Below are positions 26,301 to 37,552 of a DNA stretch of 64,000 bases, one piece after another (the stretch's first letter is position 1; each line of letters opens with the position of its first letter). The notes below the pieces were generated by a model. The model saw only the letters and a program-made list of their open reading frames with translations. It was not told where the DNA came from and made no database searches. The position numbers were made by a program, and so were the translations under genes. This stretch comes from Tubulanus polymorphus (lineage: Eukaryota; Animalia; Nemertea), in contig NW_027437455.1 of NCBI RefSeq assembly GCF_964204645.1, positions 1 through 64,000 on the forward strand, written 5' to 3'.

Positions 26301-29300
26301 CGCTGAACGAGGTTTTCGGGTCGAAAAGTGCTTTTCCGAAAGATTTGAGCCCTTTTACGCATCGACATTTTCGTTTTTCCGATAGAGGGAATATTTGATA
26401 CGAAAACGTCTTTTCTCGCGCTGAACGACGTTTTCGGGTCGAAAAGTGCTTTTCCTGACGATTTGAGCGCTTTTACGCATCGACATTGTCGTTTTTCCGA
26501 TAGAGGAATATTTGATACGAAAACGTCTTTTCTCGCGCTCAACGACGTTTTCGCGTCGAAAAGTGCTTTTCCTGACGATTTGAGCGCTTTTACGCATCGA
26601 CATTGTCGTTTTTCCGATAGGGGGAATATTCGATACGAAAACGTCTTTTCTCGCGCTGAACGAGGTTTTCGGGTCGAAAAGTGCTTTTCCGAAAGATTTG
26701 AGCCCTTTTACGCATCGACATATTCGTTATTCCGATAGGGGGAATATTTGATACGAAAACGTCTTTTCTCGCGCTGAACGACGTTTTCGGGTCGAAAAGT
26801 GCTTTTCCTGACGATTTGAGCGCTTTTACGCATCGACATTTTCGTTTTTCCGATAGGGGGAATATTTGATACGAAAACGTCTTTTCTCGCGCTAAACGAC
26901 GTTTTCGGGTCGAAAAGTGCTCTTCCTGACGATTTGAGCCCTTTTACGCATCGACATTTTCGTTTTTCCGATAGTAGGAATATTTGATACGAAAACGTCA
27001 TTTCTCGCGCTGAACGACGTCTTCGCGTCGAAAAGTGCTTTTCCTGACGATTTGAGCGATTTTAAGCATCGACATTTTCGTTTTTCCGATAGGGGGAATA
27101 TTTGATACGAAAACGTCTTTTCTCGCGCTGAACGACGTTTTCGGGTCGAAAGTGCTTTTCCTGACGATTTGAGCGCTTTTACGCATCGACATTGTCGATT
27201 TTCCGATAGGGGGAATATTTGAAACGAAAACGTCTTTTCTCGTGCTGAACGAGGTTTTCGGGTCGAAAAGTGCTTTTCCTGAAGATTTGAGCCCTTTCAC
27301 GCATCGACATTTTCGTTTTTCCGATAGGGGGAATATTTGATACGAAAACGTCTTTTCTCGCGCTGAACGACGTTTTCGCGTCGAAAAGTGCTTTTCCTGA
27401 CGATTTGAGCGCTTTTACGCATCGACATCGTCGTTTTTCCGATAGGTTGAATATTTGATACGAAAACGTCTTTTCTCGCGCTGAACGACGTTTTCGCGTC
27501 GAAAAGTGCTTTTCCTGACGATTTGAGCGCTTTTACGCATCGACATTGTCGTTTTTCCGATAGGGGGAATATTTGATACGAAAACGTCTTTTCTCGCGCT
27601 CAACGACGTTTTCGCGTCGAAAAGTGCTTTTCCTGACGATTTGAGCGCTTTTTACGCATCGACATTGTCGTTTTTCCGATAGGGGGAATATTCGATACGA
27701 AAACGCCTTTTCTAGCGCTCAACGACGTTTTCGCGTCGAAAAGTGCTTTTCCTGACGATTTGAGGGCTTTTACGCATCGACATTGTCGTTTTTCCGATAG
27801 GGGGAATATTTGATACGAAAACGTTTTTTCTCGCGCTGAACGACGTTTTCGGGTCGAAAAGTGCTTTTCCTGACGATTTGAGCGCTTTTACGCATCGACC
27901 TTTTCGTTTTTCCGATAGGGGGAATATTTGATACGAAAACGTCTTTTCTCGCGCTGAACGACGTTTTCGGGTCGAAAAGTGCTTTTCCTGACGATTTGAG
28001 CGCTTTTACGCATCGACATTTTCGTTTTTCCGATAGGGGGAATATTTGGTACGAAAACGTCTTTTCTCGCGCTGAACGACGTTTTCGGGTCGAAAAGTGC
28101 TTTTCCTGACGATTTGAGCGCTTTTACGCATCGACATTTTCGTTTTTCCGATAGTGGAAATATTTGATACGAAAACGTCTTTTCTCGCGCTGAACGACGT
28201 TTTCAGGTCGAAAAGTGCTTTTCCTGGCGATTTGAGCGCTTTTACGCATCGACATTGTCGTTTTTCCGATAGTGGAAATATTTGATACGAAAACGTCTTT
28301 TCTCGCGCTGAACGAGGTTTTCGGGTCGAAAAGTGCTTTTCCTGACGATTTGAGCCCTTTTACGCATCGACATTTTCGTTTTTCCGATAGAGGGAATATT
28401 TGATACGAAAACGACTTTTCTCGCGCTGAACGACGTTTTCGCGTCGAAAAGTGCTTTTCCTGACGATTTGAGCGCTTTTACGCATCGACATCGTCGTTTT
28501 TCCGATAGGTTGAATATTTGATACGAAAAACGTCTTTACTCGCGCAGAACGACGTTTTCGCGTCGAAAAGTCCTTTTCCTGACGATTTGAGCGCTTTTAC
28601 GCATCGACATTTTCGTTTTTCCGATAGGGGGAATATTTGATACGAAAACGTCTTTTCTCGCGCTGAACGACGTTTTCGCGTCGAAAGGTGCTTTTCCTGA
28701 CGATTTGATCGCTTTTACGCATCGACATTGTCGTTTTTCCGATAGGGGGAATATTTGATACGAAAACGTCTTTTTTCGCGCTGAACGACGTTTTCGCGTC
28801 GAAAAGTGCTTTTCCTGACGATTTGAGCGCTTTTACGCATCGACATTGTCGTTTTTCCGATAGGGGGAATATTTGATACGAAAACGTCTTTTCTCGCGCT
28901 CAACGACGTTTTCGCGTCGAAAAGTGCTTTTCCTGACGATTTGAGCGCTTTTTACGCATCGACATTGTCGTTTTTCCGATAGGGGGAATATTCGATACGA
29001 AAACGTCTTTTCTCGCGCTGAACGAGGTTTTCGGGTCGAAAAGTGCTTTTCCGAAAGATTTGAGCCCTTTTACGCATCGACATTTTCGTTATTCCGATAG
29101 GGGGAATATTTGATACGAAAACGTCTTTTCTCGCGCTGAACGACGTTTTCGGGTCGAAAAGTGCTTTTCCTGACGATTTGAGCGCTTTTACGCATCGACA
29201 TTGTCGTTTTTCCGATAGGGGGAATATTTGATACGAAAACGTCTTTTCTCGCTCTAAACGACGTTTTCGGGTCGAAAAGTGCTTTTCCTGACGATTTGAG

Positions 29301-31919
29301 CGCTTTTACGCATCGACATTGTCGTTTTTCCGATAGGGGGAATATTTGATACGAAAACGTCTTTTCCCGCGCTGAACGACGTTTTCGGGTCGAAAAGTGC
29401 TTTTCCTGACGATTTGAGCGCTTTTACGCATCGACATTTTCGTTTTTCCGATAGGGGGAATATTTGATACGAAAACGTCTATTCCCGCGCTGAACGACGT
29501 TTTCGGGTCGAAAAGTGCTTTTCCTGACGATTTGAGCGCTTTTACGCATCGACATTGTCGTTTTTCCGATAGGCGGAATGTTTGATACGAAAACGTCTTT
29601 TCTCGCGCTGAACGACGTTTTCGGGTCGAAAAGTGCTTTTCCTGACGATTTGAGCGCTTTTACGCATCGACATTGTCGTTTTTCCGATAGGGGGAATATT
29701 TGATACGAAAACGTCTTTTCTCGCGCTGAACGACGTTTTCGGGTCGAAAAGTGCTTTTCCTGACGATTTGAGCGCTTTTACGCATCGACATTTTCGTTTT
29801 TCCGATAGGGGGAATATTTGATACGAAAACGTCTTTTCTCGCGCTGAACGACGTTTTCGGGTCGAAAAGTGCTTTTCCTGACGATTTGAGCGCTTTTACG
29901 CATCGACATTTTCATTTTTCCGATAGGGGGAATATTTGATACGAAAACGTCTTTTCTCGCGCTGAACGACGTTTTCGGGTCGAAAAGTGCTTTTCCTGAC
30001 GATTTGAGCGCTTTTACGCATCGACATTTTCGTTTTTCCGATAGGGGGAATATTTGATACGAAAACGTCTCTTCCCGCGCTGAACGAACGTTTTCGGGTC
30101 GAAAAGTGCTTTTCCTGACGATTTGAGCGCTTTTACGCATCGACATTTTCGTTTTTCGGATAGGGGGAATATTTGATACGAAAACGTCTTTTCTCGCGCT
30201 GAACGACGTTTTCGCGTCGAAAAGTGCTTTTCCTGACGATTTGAGCGCTTTTACGCATCGACATTTTCATTTTTCCGATAGGGGGAATATTTGATACGAA
30301 AACGTCTCTTCCCGCGCTGAACGAACGTTTTCGGGTCGAAAAGTGCTTTTCCTGACGATTTGAGCGCTTTTACGCATCGACATTTTCATTTTTCCGATAG
30401 GGGGAATATTTGATACGAAAACGTCTTTTCTCGCGCTGAACGACGTTTTCGCGTCGAAAAGTGCTTTTCCTGACGATTTGAGCGCTTTTACGCATCGACA
30501 TTTTCGTTTTTCGGATAGGGGGAATATTTGATACGAAAACGTCTTTTCTCGCGCTGAACGACGTTTTCGGGTCGAAAAGTGCTTTTCCTGGCGATTTGAG
30601 CGCTTTAACGCATCGACATTTTCGTTTTTCCGATAGGGGGAATATTTGATACGAAAACGTCTTTTCTCGCGCTGAACGACGTTTTCGCGTCGAAAAGTGC
30701 TTTTCCTGACGATTTGAGCGCTTTTACGCATCGACATTTTCGTTTTTCGGATAGGGGGAATATTTGATACGAAAACGTCTTTTCTCGCGCTGAACGACGT
30801 TTTCGCGTCGAAAAGTGCTTTTCCTGACGATTTGAGCGCTTTTACGCATCGACATTTTCGTTTTTCCGATAGGGGGAATATTAAATACGAAAACGTCTTT
30901 TCTCGCGCTGAACGACGTTTTCGCGTCGAAAAGTGCTTTTCCTGACGATTTGAGCGCTTTTACGCATCGACATTTTCATTTTTCCGATAGGGGGAATATT
31001 TGATACGAAAACGTCTCTTCCCGCGCTGAACGAACGTTTTCGGGTCGAAAAGTGCTTTTCCTGACGATTTGAGCGCTTTTACGCATCGACATTTTCGTTT
31101 TTCCGATAGGGGGAATATTTGATACGAAAACGTCTTTTCTCGCGCTGAACGACGTTTTCGCGTCGAAAAGTGCTTTTCCTGACGATTTGAGCGCTTTTAC
31201 GCATCGACATTTTCGTTTTTCGGATAGGGGGAATATTTGATACGAAAACGTCTTTTCTCGCGCTGAACGACGTTTTCGCGTCGAAAAGTGCTTTTCCTGA
31301 CGATTTGAGCGCTTTTACGCATCGACATTTTCGTTTTTCCGATAGGGGGAATATTAAATACGAAAACGTCTTTTCTCGCGCTGAACGACGTTTTCGCGTC
31401 GAAAAGTGCTTTTCCTGACGATTTGAGCGCTTTTACGCATCGACATTGTCGTTTTTCCGATAGGGGGAATATTTGATACGAAAACGTCTTTTCTCGCGCT
31501 GAACGACGTTTTCTGGTCGAAAAGTGCTTTTCCTGACGATTTGAGCGCTTTTACGCATCGACATTGTCGTTTTTCCGATAGGGGGAATATTTGATACGAA
31601 AACGTCTTTTCTCGCGCTGAACGACGTTTTCGGGTCGAAAAGTGCTTTTCCTGACGATTTGAGCGCTTTTACGCATCGACATTTTCGTTTTTCGGATAGG
31701 GGGAATATTTGATACGAAAACGTCTTTTCTCGCGCTGAACGACGTTTTCGGGTCGAAAAGTGCTTTTCCTGGCGATTTGAGCGCTTTTACGCATCGACAT
31801 TTTCGTTTTTCCGATAGGGGGAATATTTGATACGAAAACGTCTTTTCTCGCGCTGAACGACGTTTTCGCGTCGAAAAGTGCTTTTCCTGACGATTTGAGC
31901 GCTTTTACGCATCGACATT
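20349..31919 (-). repeat. 118-bp satellite array, reverse orientation (~98 monomers)
   Basis: Reverse complement of the same monomer, from CGTTTTTTCCGATAG at 20349 to the Polinton insertion. Confidence 0.99.
21400..29567 (-). repeat. Two near-identical copies of a 4132-bp (35-monomer) higher-order unit
   Basis: Private variants and spurious ORFs recur at a constant 4132-bp offset (21750/25882, 22223/26355, 22866/26998, 23283/27415, 24583/28715). Boundaries approximate. Confidence 0.9.
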
Positions 31920-32382
31920 AGTAATAGGGGTTTAGTTGTTTCAGGCCAAAGGTCGAACGGTCGAGCTCGTAAAAAATGAAAAAACATAAAAATAATAACA
32001 ATTTCTACTTGAATTACTCGCAAAACTCATAAAAATGAAAAATAAATTCTCACACGCTCGAATTTATTTTTCATTTTTATGAGTTTCACTCCTAATTCAA
32101 GTAGAAATTGTTATTATTTTTATGTTTTTTCATTTTTACTCACCCGCCCGTTCAACCTTTAGCCTGAAACAACTAAACCCCTATTACTCTTAAAATATTC
32201 ACATATATGAATAACATTTAAATCATTGAACTTCTAAAATCAATTTTAATAAAAAATATAGTATTAAAATGGAAGCAAATAAATACTAATGCCCAACATG
32301 TAATATCGATATAGACAAGTCTCAAAAAGCAAGACACAATAAAACTATAACACATTTAGAGAATAAATTGAAATTAGAATAT
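31920..32382 (+). repeat. Left TIR (463 bp), first 269 bp self-palindromic
   Basis: Reverse complement of 49851-50313 with about five mismatches by eye; includes the pPolB upstream region and first 38 codons. Confidence 0.95.
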
Positions 32383-32520
32383 TTACAGTTATATTCAGAA
32401 CAGTTAACAAAGGGAAAGAAATTTATTGAATTATGGAATAATGATCCAAATAATGAACAATACGTTGAGGAATTTATTATCAAGGAATCGAAAGAACTTA
32501 TCAAAAGCAGCGAGGAATGA
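32269..32520 (+). pseudogene. Chimeric pseudogene: pPolB N-terminus (stop at codon 7) fused in frame to the C-terminus of an HNH-gene paralogue
   Basis: MEANKY*CPTCNIDIDKSQKARHNKTITHLENKLKLEY then LQLYSEQLTKGKKFIELWNNDPNNEQYVEE, which parallels MKLYLDQLDKAKTFVELWNSTHNEKYVEC at the end of ORF 32598-33251. Confidence 0.8.
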
Positions 32521-32597
32521 AAAAGGATGACGTTGGCCGAAGAAATGGAAGAGGATTCTAAAATGTTAATCAATTTTAATAAAAATATGTATAATAA

Positions 32598-33251
32598 ATG
32601 GAGCCGGAACAACCACAAACTATCAATATTACAAATAACACTGGCGTTATAAACATATATTACAAGAAATGTTCTAAATGTGAATTAAATAAATTAGCTA
32701 TAACAGAATTTAGTAAGCGTAAGATTAGCAAAGATGGTTTTCAAAATTGTTGTAAAACTTGTGCTAAACTATATACCAAACAATACCGAGAAGATAATAG
32801 AGAATCTTATAATGATTATATGACAGAATACATGAGAGAAAAATATAAAACAGATCTTAATTTTAGATTAAAACAATGTTTACGGTCTAGATTAACGCAA
32901 TTATTCAACAAAGAAACACATTCAGAAACACTATCTAATCTATTGGGTTGTTCAGATGAATTTCTCAAATCATGGATAATATATCAATTCGATGATAAAA
33001 TGAATATAGATAATTATGGTGAATACTTTCATATTGATCACGTGTTGCCGATTTCTAAATTTGACATGAGTGATGATTATGATAAGAAGCTAATCTGGAA
33101 TTGGAAGAATCTAAGACCTTTAGAAAAGAAAGAAAATATAATTAAATCTAACAAACTAGATATGAAATTATATTTAGATCAACTGGATAAAGCAAAGACA
33201 TTTGTTGAATTATGGAACTCAACACATAATGAAAAATACGTTGAATGTTAA
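32598..33251 (+). CDS. HNH endonuclease with N-terminal CxxC...CxxC zinc motif (large DNA virus/phage type)
   Basis: KKCSKC...CKTC; HIDHVLP...WNWKNLRPLEKKENIIKSNK HNH core. Confidence 0.85.
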   Translation: MEPEQPQTINITNNTGVINIYYKKCSKCELNKLAITEFSKRKISKDGFQNCCKTCAKLYTKQYREDNRESYNDYMTEYMREKYKTDLNFRLKQCLRSRLTQLFNKETHSETLSNLLGCSDEFLKSWIIYQFDDKMNIDNYGEYFHIDHVLPISKFDMSDDYDKKLIWNWKNLRPLEKKENIIKSNKLDMKLYLDQLDKAKTFVELWNSTHNEKYVEC

Positions 33252-33645
33252 ACGCTTAGAAAACCGGTTTCTCTCGATCTATGTCAAACCGCCTGTATGT
33301 AATTGTATTAGGTTGTTTACAAAAACATCTGTGCCGTATTTCATATTCAGTTGAATGGAGCGCACCTCATTTGAATATTGATCGAACGTGCTATTTCAGT
33401 TGAAAAGGATTAATCAATTATATTACAAAAGAAGGAACATCTGTTGCACCAGACGGTGTTTAGCTAGTGAATAACTACCAGTTATAAACGCGCAGCACAT
33501 AAGCATAGGAACGTATTGGATATTCTCTCTCAAAACACAGTTTACAGTTCTAAATCTAAATGTAAGTAAATATATTATGAAGTAGGGAAACCTTTAAACA
33601 TATTTAAGTATAGTAATTCATTTTCACGACATCTTTTAGATTAAA

Positions 33646-34112
33646 ATGGAATACAGAGATCAACCAGAAATTCCAAGTCAACCAACGGATGAGGAACTAG
33701 AAACGATAGATAGTGAAACTCAGGAATCAATAGAAATGGAGGATGAAACTCTCGTAATTGACGAACAAACTTCACAAAATTATAAGAACATTTGGACTAT
33801 CATCAAGAAATGGTGAAAACTCTGAGTGATGTAATATATAATAAACAATTACCGCGCGAACTACAATTACCAAAATTACCAGCAACGCGACTTAAATTGC
33901 TGTTGGGACTCAAATAATCGAAAACTAAGAAAATGAGTGGAGATATCAGTGCCGGTTTTGAAAGAAAACTGAGAAGAGTAGGTAGATTAATAAAATATGA
34001 AAAATTCAAAATATTAGGATTAGCATTTAGTGAAGTAGTAAGATATTTACCAGAAATTGAAGAAATGATTGGAAACAATCCAGTAATTAAAGAATTCTGG
34101 ACAAAATTATAA
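33646..34112 (+). pseudogene. Disrupted ~155-codon ORF with acidic N-terminus (one frameshift ~33785, one in-frame TAA ~33915)
   Basis: MEYRDQPEIPSQPTDEELETIDSETQESIEMEDETL...QNY / EHLDYHQEMVKTLSDVIY...LLLGLK*SKTKKMSGDISAGFERKLRRVGRLIKYEKFKILGLAFSEVVRYL...KEFWTKL*; coding-like purine bias throughout. Confidence 0.5.
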
Positions 34113-34202
34113 ATTATAACACTGAAGGTCTTTGTTATATAGATATCAAAAAATGTTATCTCGATTGTATATATCTGTTTTAATATTGTATTGTTTACTG
34201 TT

Positions 34203-34481
34203 AACTAAGTATTGCGTAATAACCGGTCCGATTGAACCGCTTTTCTATTGTTCTCCATTGTTCTACTATTGATCGTTGTTAATGGCGGCGGTTGTTCTGT
34301 ATTGATAGTTTACTGTTAACTGTGTATTGCGCAATAACCGGTCCTATTGGACCGCATTTCTATTGTTCTCCATTGTTCTATTATTGATCGTTGTTAGAAT
34401 AAAAATATAACTGTGTATTGCGCAATAACCGGTCCGATTGAACCGCATTTCTATTGTTCTCCATTGTTCTACTATTGATCG
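34203..34481. repeat. Three ~70-bp direct repeats carrying internal palindromes
   Basis: GTATTGCGYAATAACCGGTCCKATTGRACCGCWTTTCTATTGTTCTCCATTGTTCTAYTATTGATCG at ~34209, ~34324, ~34415. Confidence 0.9.
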
Positions 34482-34894
34482 CTAAAATTTACATAATAAA
34501 TATATGTGTTTATGAAATAATATTTCCACCAGTCGTTTCTTTGAATTTATTTTCAGTTTTAGGATTTATTATCGAGAATCCGAAATGACTTATCTGGACA
34601 GTTATAGTTACTGCTCCTAATAGATAGACAATAGTAGTGAGATAATCTAAATCCTAATTTAAATAAAATATAATAAAAAAACAATAACTTCAACTAGCTA
34701 GTCAATTCTATTATATTTTTAATATTTTCTTTTCAAAAAGAGAATACTTTATATTTTGAATAGATTCAAATAGAAATTCTTTAAATTCAAATAGCTAGTA
34801 TCAGTAGTCAATACTAGAATTCTTTAACTTTAACTATCTAATATCATTTGAAGAATACTTATAATACTATTCTTATTAAATTTCTCTAATATAA

Positions 34895-35500
34895 ATGACA
34901 AAGAAATCTAATAAAAATAGTATTGATATTGAAAAGACATTAGATGATTTAGGTCTAACAGATGATAATGATAATGTGGTAAATAAATGTGATAATAAAA
35001 TTGATAGTAATATTGATTATGAATACTATTTATATTGTAAGCATCATCTAGAACTATTGATTGCGAGTGGAAAAACTAAAGAGTTTATTGGTAAAACAAT
35101 AACTTTTCAAGAATTAGATAATATGAACAAAGAAAAAGTAATCAAATATTTTAAGATTTATGAAGAGTCAAGATTAGCTAGAATAAACGACTCTATAAGT
35201 GATGGTATTGTCAAATGTTATTCTAAGTTATGTAACCAGTTAATACCAATTGATGATGAAAATAAATTATATAATGATTTGAAAAATGACTATTTAGTTA
35301 TGACTGAATTACAAAAATGGGTTGGTTATGCTTCATTTCAATTAGGATCGGTTATGACATTAATTTCTACTGGAGTTATAACATTTTCGAACATCAAACC
35401 TATGGAATATAAATCAGGTAAGAACGAAACAGATGTACTACAACCAAACGTCGAAACAGAAAATGAATCAGAACAAAAATTAACTAAAATAAATGAGTGA
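34895..35500 (+). CDS. Hypothetical protein (201 aa) with a hydrophobic segment near the C-terminus
   Basis: Intact ORF with TAAATG start, overlapping the next gene; segment WVGYASFQLGSVMTLISTGVITF. Confidence 0.8.
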   Translation: MTKKSNKNSIDIEKTLDDLGLTDDNDNVVNKCDNKIDSNIDYEYYLYCKHHLELLIASGKTKEFIGKTITFQELDNMNKEKVIKYFKIYEESRLARINDSISDGIVKCYSKLCNQLIPIDDENKLYNDLKNDYLVMTELQKWVGYASFQLGSVMTLISTGVITFSNIKPMEYKSGKNETDVLQPNVETENESEQKLTKINE

Positions 35501-35840
35501 TGGAGTTAAGAAAAAGCCTAGATCCGAGAAACAAATTAAATGGGCAAGAGAATTAGGTAAAAGATCATCAGAATTAAAAAAAGCTAAGAAAAAGAAATTA
35601 TCTGATATAAATGAATCACCTGGTATTGATTCAAATAATAATCCATCTAATTCTTATAATAGTGGAAGAAATAATTACTTATATATTACAATTGGGTTAA
35701 TCACAATTATTATATTATCTGGTGTAATATATAAATCAAAATTCAAATCCGATGATAAAGATGATTCTAATGATAATAAACCTATCATACCAGAAAATAA
35801 ATCAAATGAAAATAAATCTAAAATATTATTAATGGATTAA
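35493..35840 (+). CDS. Small single-pass membrane protein with basic N-terminus
   Basis: KKKPRSEKQ...KKAKKKK; TM segment YLYITIGLITIIILSGVIY. Confidence 0.8.
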   Translation: MSDGVKKKPRSEKQIKWARELGKRSSELKKAKKKKLSDINESPGIDSNNNPSNSYNSGRNNYLYITIGLITIIILSGVIYKSKFKSDDKDDSNDNKPIIPENKSNENKSKILLMD

Positions 35841-35843
35841 AAT

Positions 35844-36932
35844 ATGATGAAAAAAGAACAATATTTAAGAGAGTTATATTATAACCCAGAAAGTGAAGTA
35901 TCATATTCAAGTGTTTCGGAATTATGGGATAAAATTAAATCTGATAAAGAAAAAATAAAATATAGTGAATTAAAATCATGGTTACAAAATCAACCCACAT
36001 ATCAAATTCATAAAAAGATGGATAAAAAATATTTAACAAGAAAAGTTATGGTTTCATATATTGACCAACAATGGCAAGCTGATTTAATTGACATGAAAAA
36101 CTTAGAAGAATATAACAAAGGATATTTTTGGATACTAAATGTTATAGATATATTCAGTAGATACGCATGGAGTATCCCGATTAAAAATAAAACTGGTATA
36201 GAAGTTACAAATTCTTTCAAATTAATATTTAAAGAAGCTATCCCAGATAAAATACAATTTGATGAAGGTAAGGAATTCTATAACAAACATTTTAAAAAAC
36301 TATTAACTGATAACGATGTAGAATATTTTTCAACACATTCAGATAAAAAAGCATCTGTTATAGAAAGATTTAATAAAACATTGAAAACTAGAATGTGGAA
36401 ATATTTCACCGCTAATGAAACATATAAATATATCGATGTGTTAGATGATTTAGTTAAAGGTTATAATAATTCTAAACATAGTTCTATAAATATGAAACCT
36501 ATACAAGCTAGAAAAGAAGAAAATTCAGAAATAGTTTGGAATAATTTATATGGAGCATTTGTTACACACGATTTCGGTGAACCTAAATTTAAAATAGGAC
36601 AACATGTTAGAATTTCTAAATATAGAAAAACATTTTATAAAGGTTATACCCCTAATTTTACAGAAGAAATATTTAAAATTAAAAAGATAATATTAACTAA
36701 ACCATTTGTTTATAAATTGTTTGATTTAAAAGATGAAGAAATATTAGGTTATTTTTATGAACAAGAATTATCATTAGTACCAAATCCAGATGAAATAGAA
36801 TACAAAATAGAAAAGGTATTGAAAACAAAAACTCTTAAAGGAAAAAAGTATTCTTTGGTGAAATATAAAGGATATGATGATAAATTTAATGAATGGATTT
36901 TATCTAGTAAAATTAAAAGAATAAATGAATAA
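35844..36932 (+). CDS. Retroviral-like (rve) DDE integrase with C-terminal chromodomain
   Basis: WQADLID, QFDEGKEF, KASVIERFNKTLK (D-D-E); VRISK...FYKGY; C-terminal EYKIEKVLKTKTLKGKKYSLVKYKGYDDKFNEWI chromodomain. Confidence 0.96.
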   Translation: MMKKEQYLRELYYNPESEVSYSSVSELWDKIKSDKEKIKYSELKSWLQNQPTYQIHKKMDKKYLTRKVMVSYIDQQWQADLIDMKNLEEYNKGYFWILNVIDIFSRYAWSIPIKNKTGIEVTNSFKLIFKEAIPDKIQFDEGKEFYNKHFKKLLTDNDVEYFSTHSDKKASVIERFNKTLKTRMWKYFTANETYKYIDVLDDLVKGYNNSKHSSINMKPIQARKEENSEIVWNNLYGAFVTHDFGEPKFKIGQHVRISKYRKTFYKGYTPNFTEEIFKIKKIILTKPFVYKLFDLKDEEILGYFYEQELSLVPNPDEIEYKIEKVLKTKTLKGKKYSLVKYKGYDDKFNEWILSSKIKRINE

Positions 36933-37536
36933 AGATTTATTTATATTTGAACCACATAATATGTTAATAACTGGAGTAACCAATTGTGGTAAAACACATT
37001 TCATATTAGACTTGTTAGAAACTATTTATAAAAATCATTTTGATAATATAATATTATTCTGCCCAACTTATGAAATGAATAAAACATATAATAGAGATAT
37101 AGTTAAGATAAAAAAGTTTATTATATTAGACCCTAAAACAGTAAAAGAAAATTTAGATAATTGTATAAAAATTACATTAGATATTTATAAAGGATCAAAT
37201 ACATTATTTATTATTGATGATTGCGCAAATTTACATGATTCTAAAATTAGAGAAAGTGAGTTATGTTATTTAGCTTTCTCTGGTAGACATTTTGGGATAA
37301 CAACTTGGGTTTTAAATCAAAAATATAATTCAATTGTTAAAGACTTTAGAGAGAATATAAGATTTCTAGTTTTATTTTATAACAAAGATAGAAAATCTAT
37401 GCAACAATCATTGGAAGAAAATCAAATTATACCTACTGAATTACATGATGAATATATGAATAAATTAAAGAATAATAAAGGTTCAAAATTATTACTGAGA
37501 TTACAATTTCCATATGAATATAAATTTATAAAATAA
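36925..37536 (+). CDS. A32/FtsK-HerA-like genome packaging ATPase
   Basis: Walker A GVTNCGKT, Walker B LFIIDD, GRHFGIT (RH motif) and NQ sensor. Confidence 0.93.
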   Translation: MNKDLFIFEPHNMLITGVTNCGKTHFILDLLETIYKNHFDNIILFCPTYEMNKTYNRDIVKIKKFIILDPKTVKENLDNCIKITLDIYKGSNTLFIIDDCANLHDSKIRESELCYLAFSGRHFGITTWVLNQKYNSIVKDFRENIRFLVLFYNKDRKSMQQSLEENQIIPTELHDEYMNKLKNNKGSKLLLRLQFPYEYKFIK

Positions 37537-37552
37537 AATCCTAATTCAAAAT

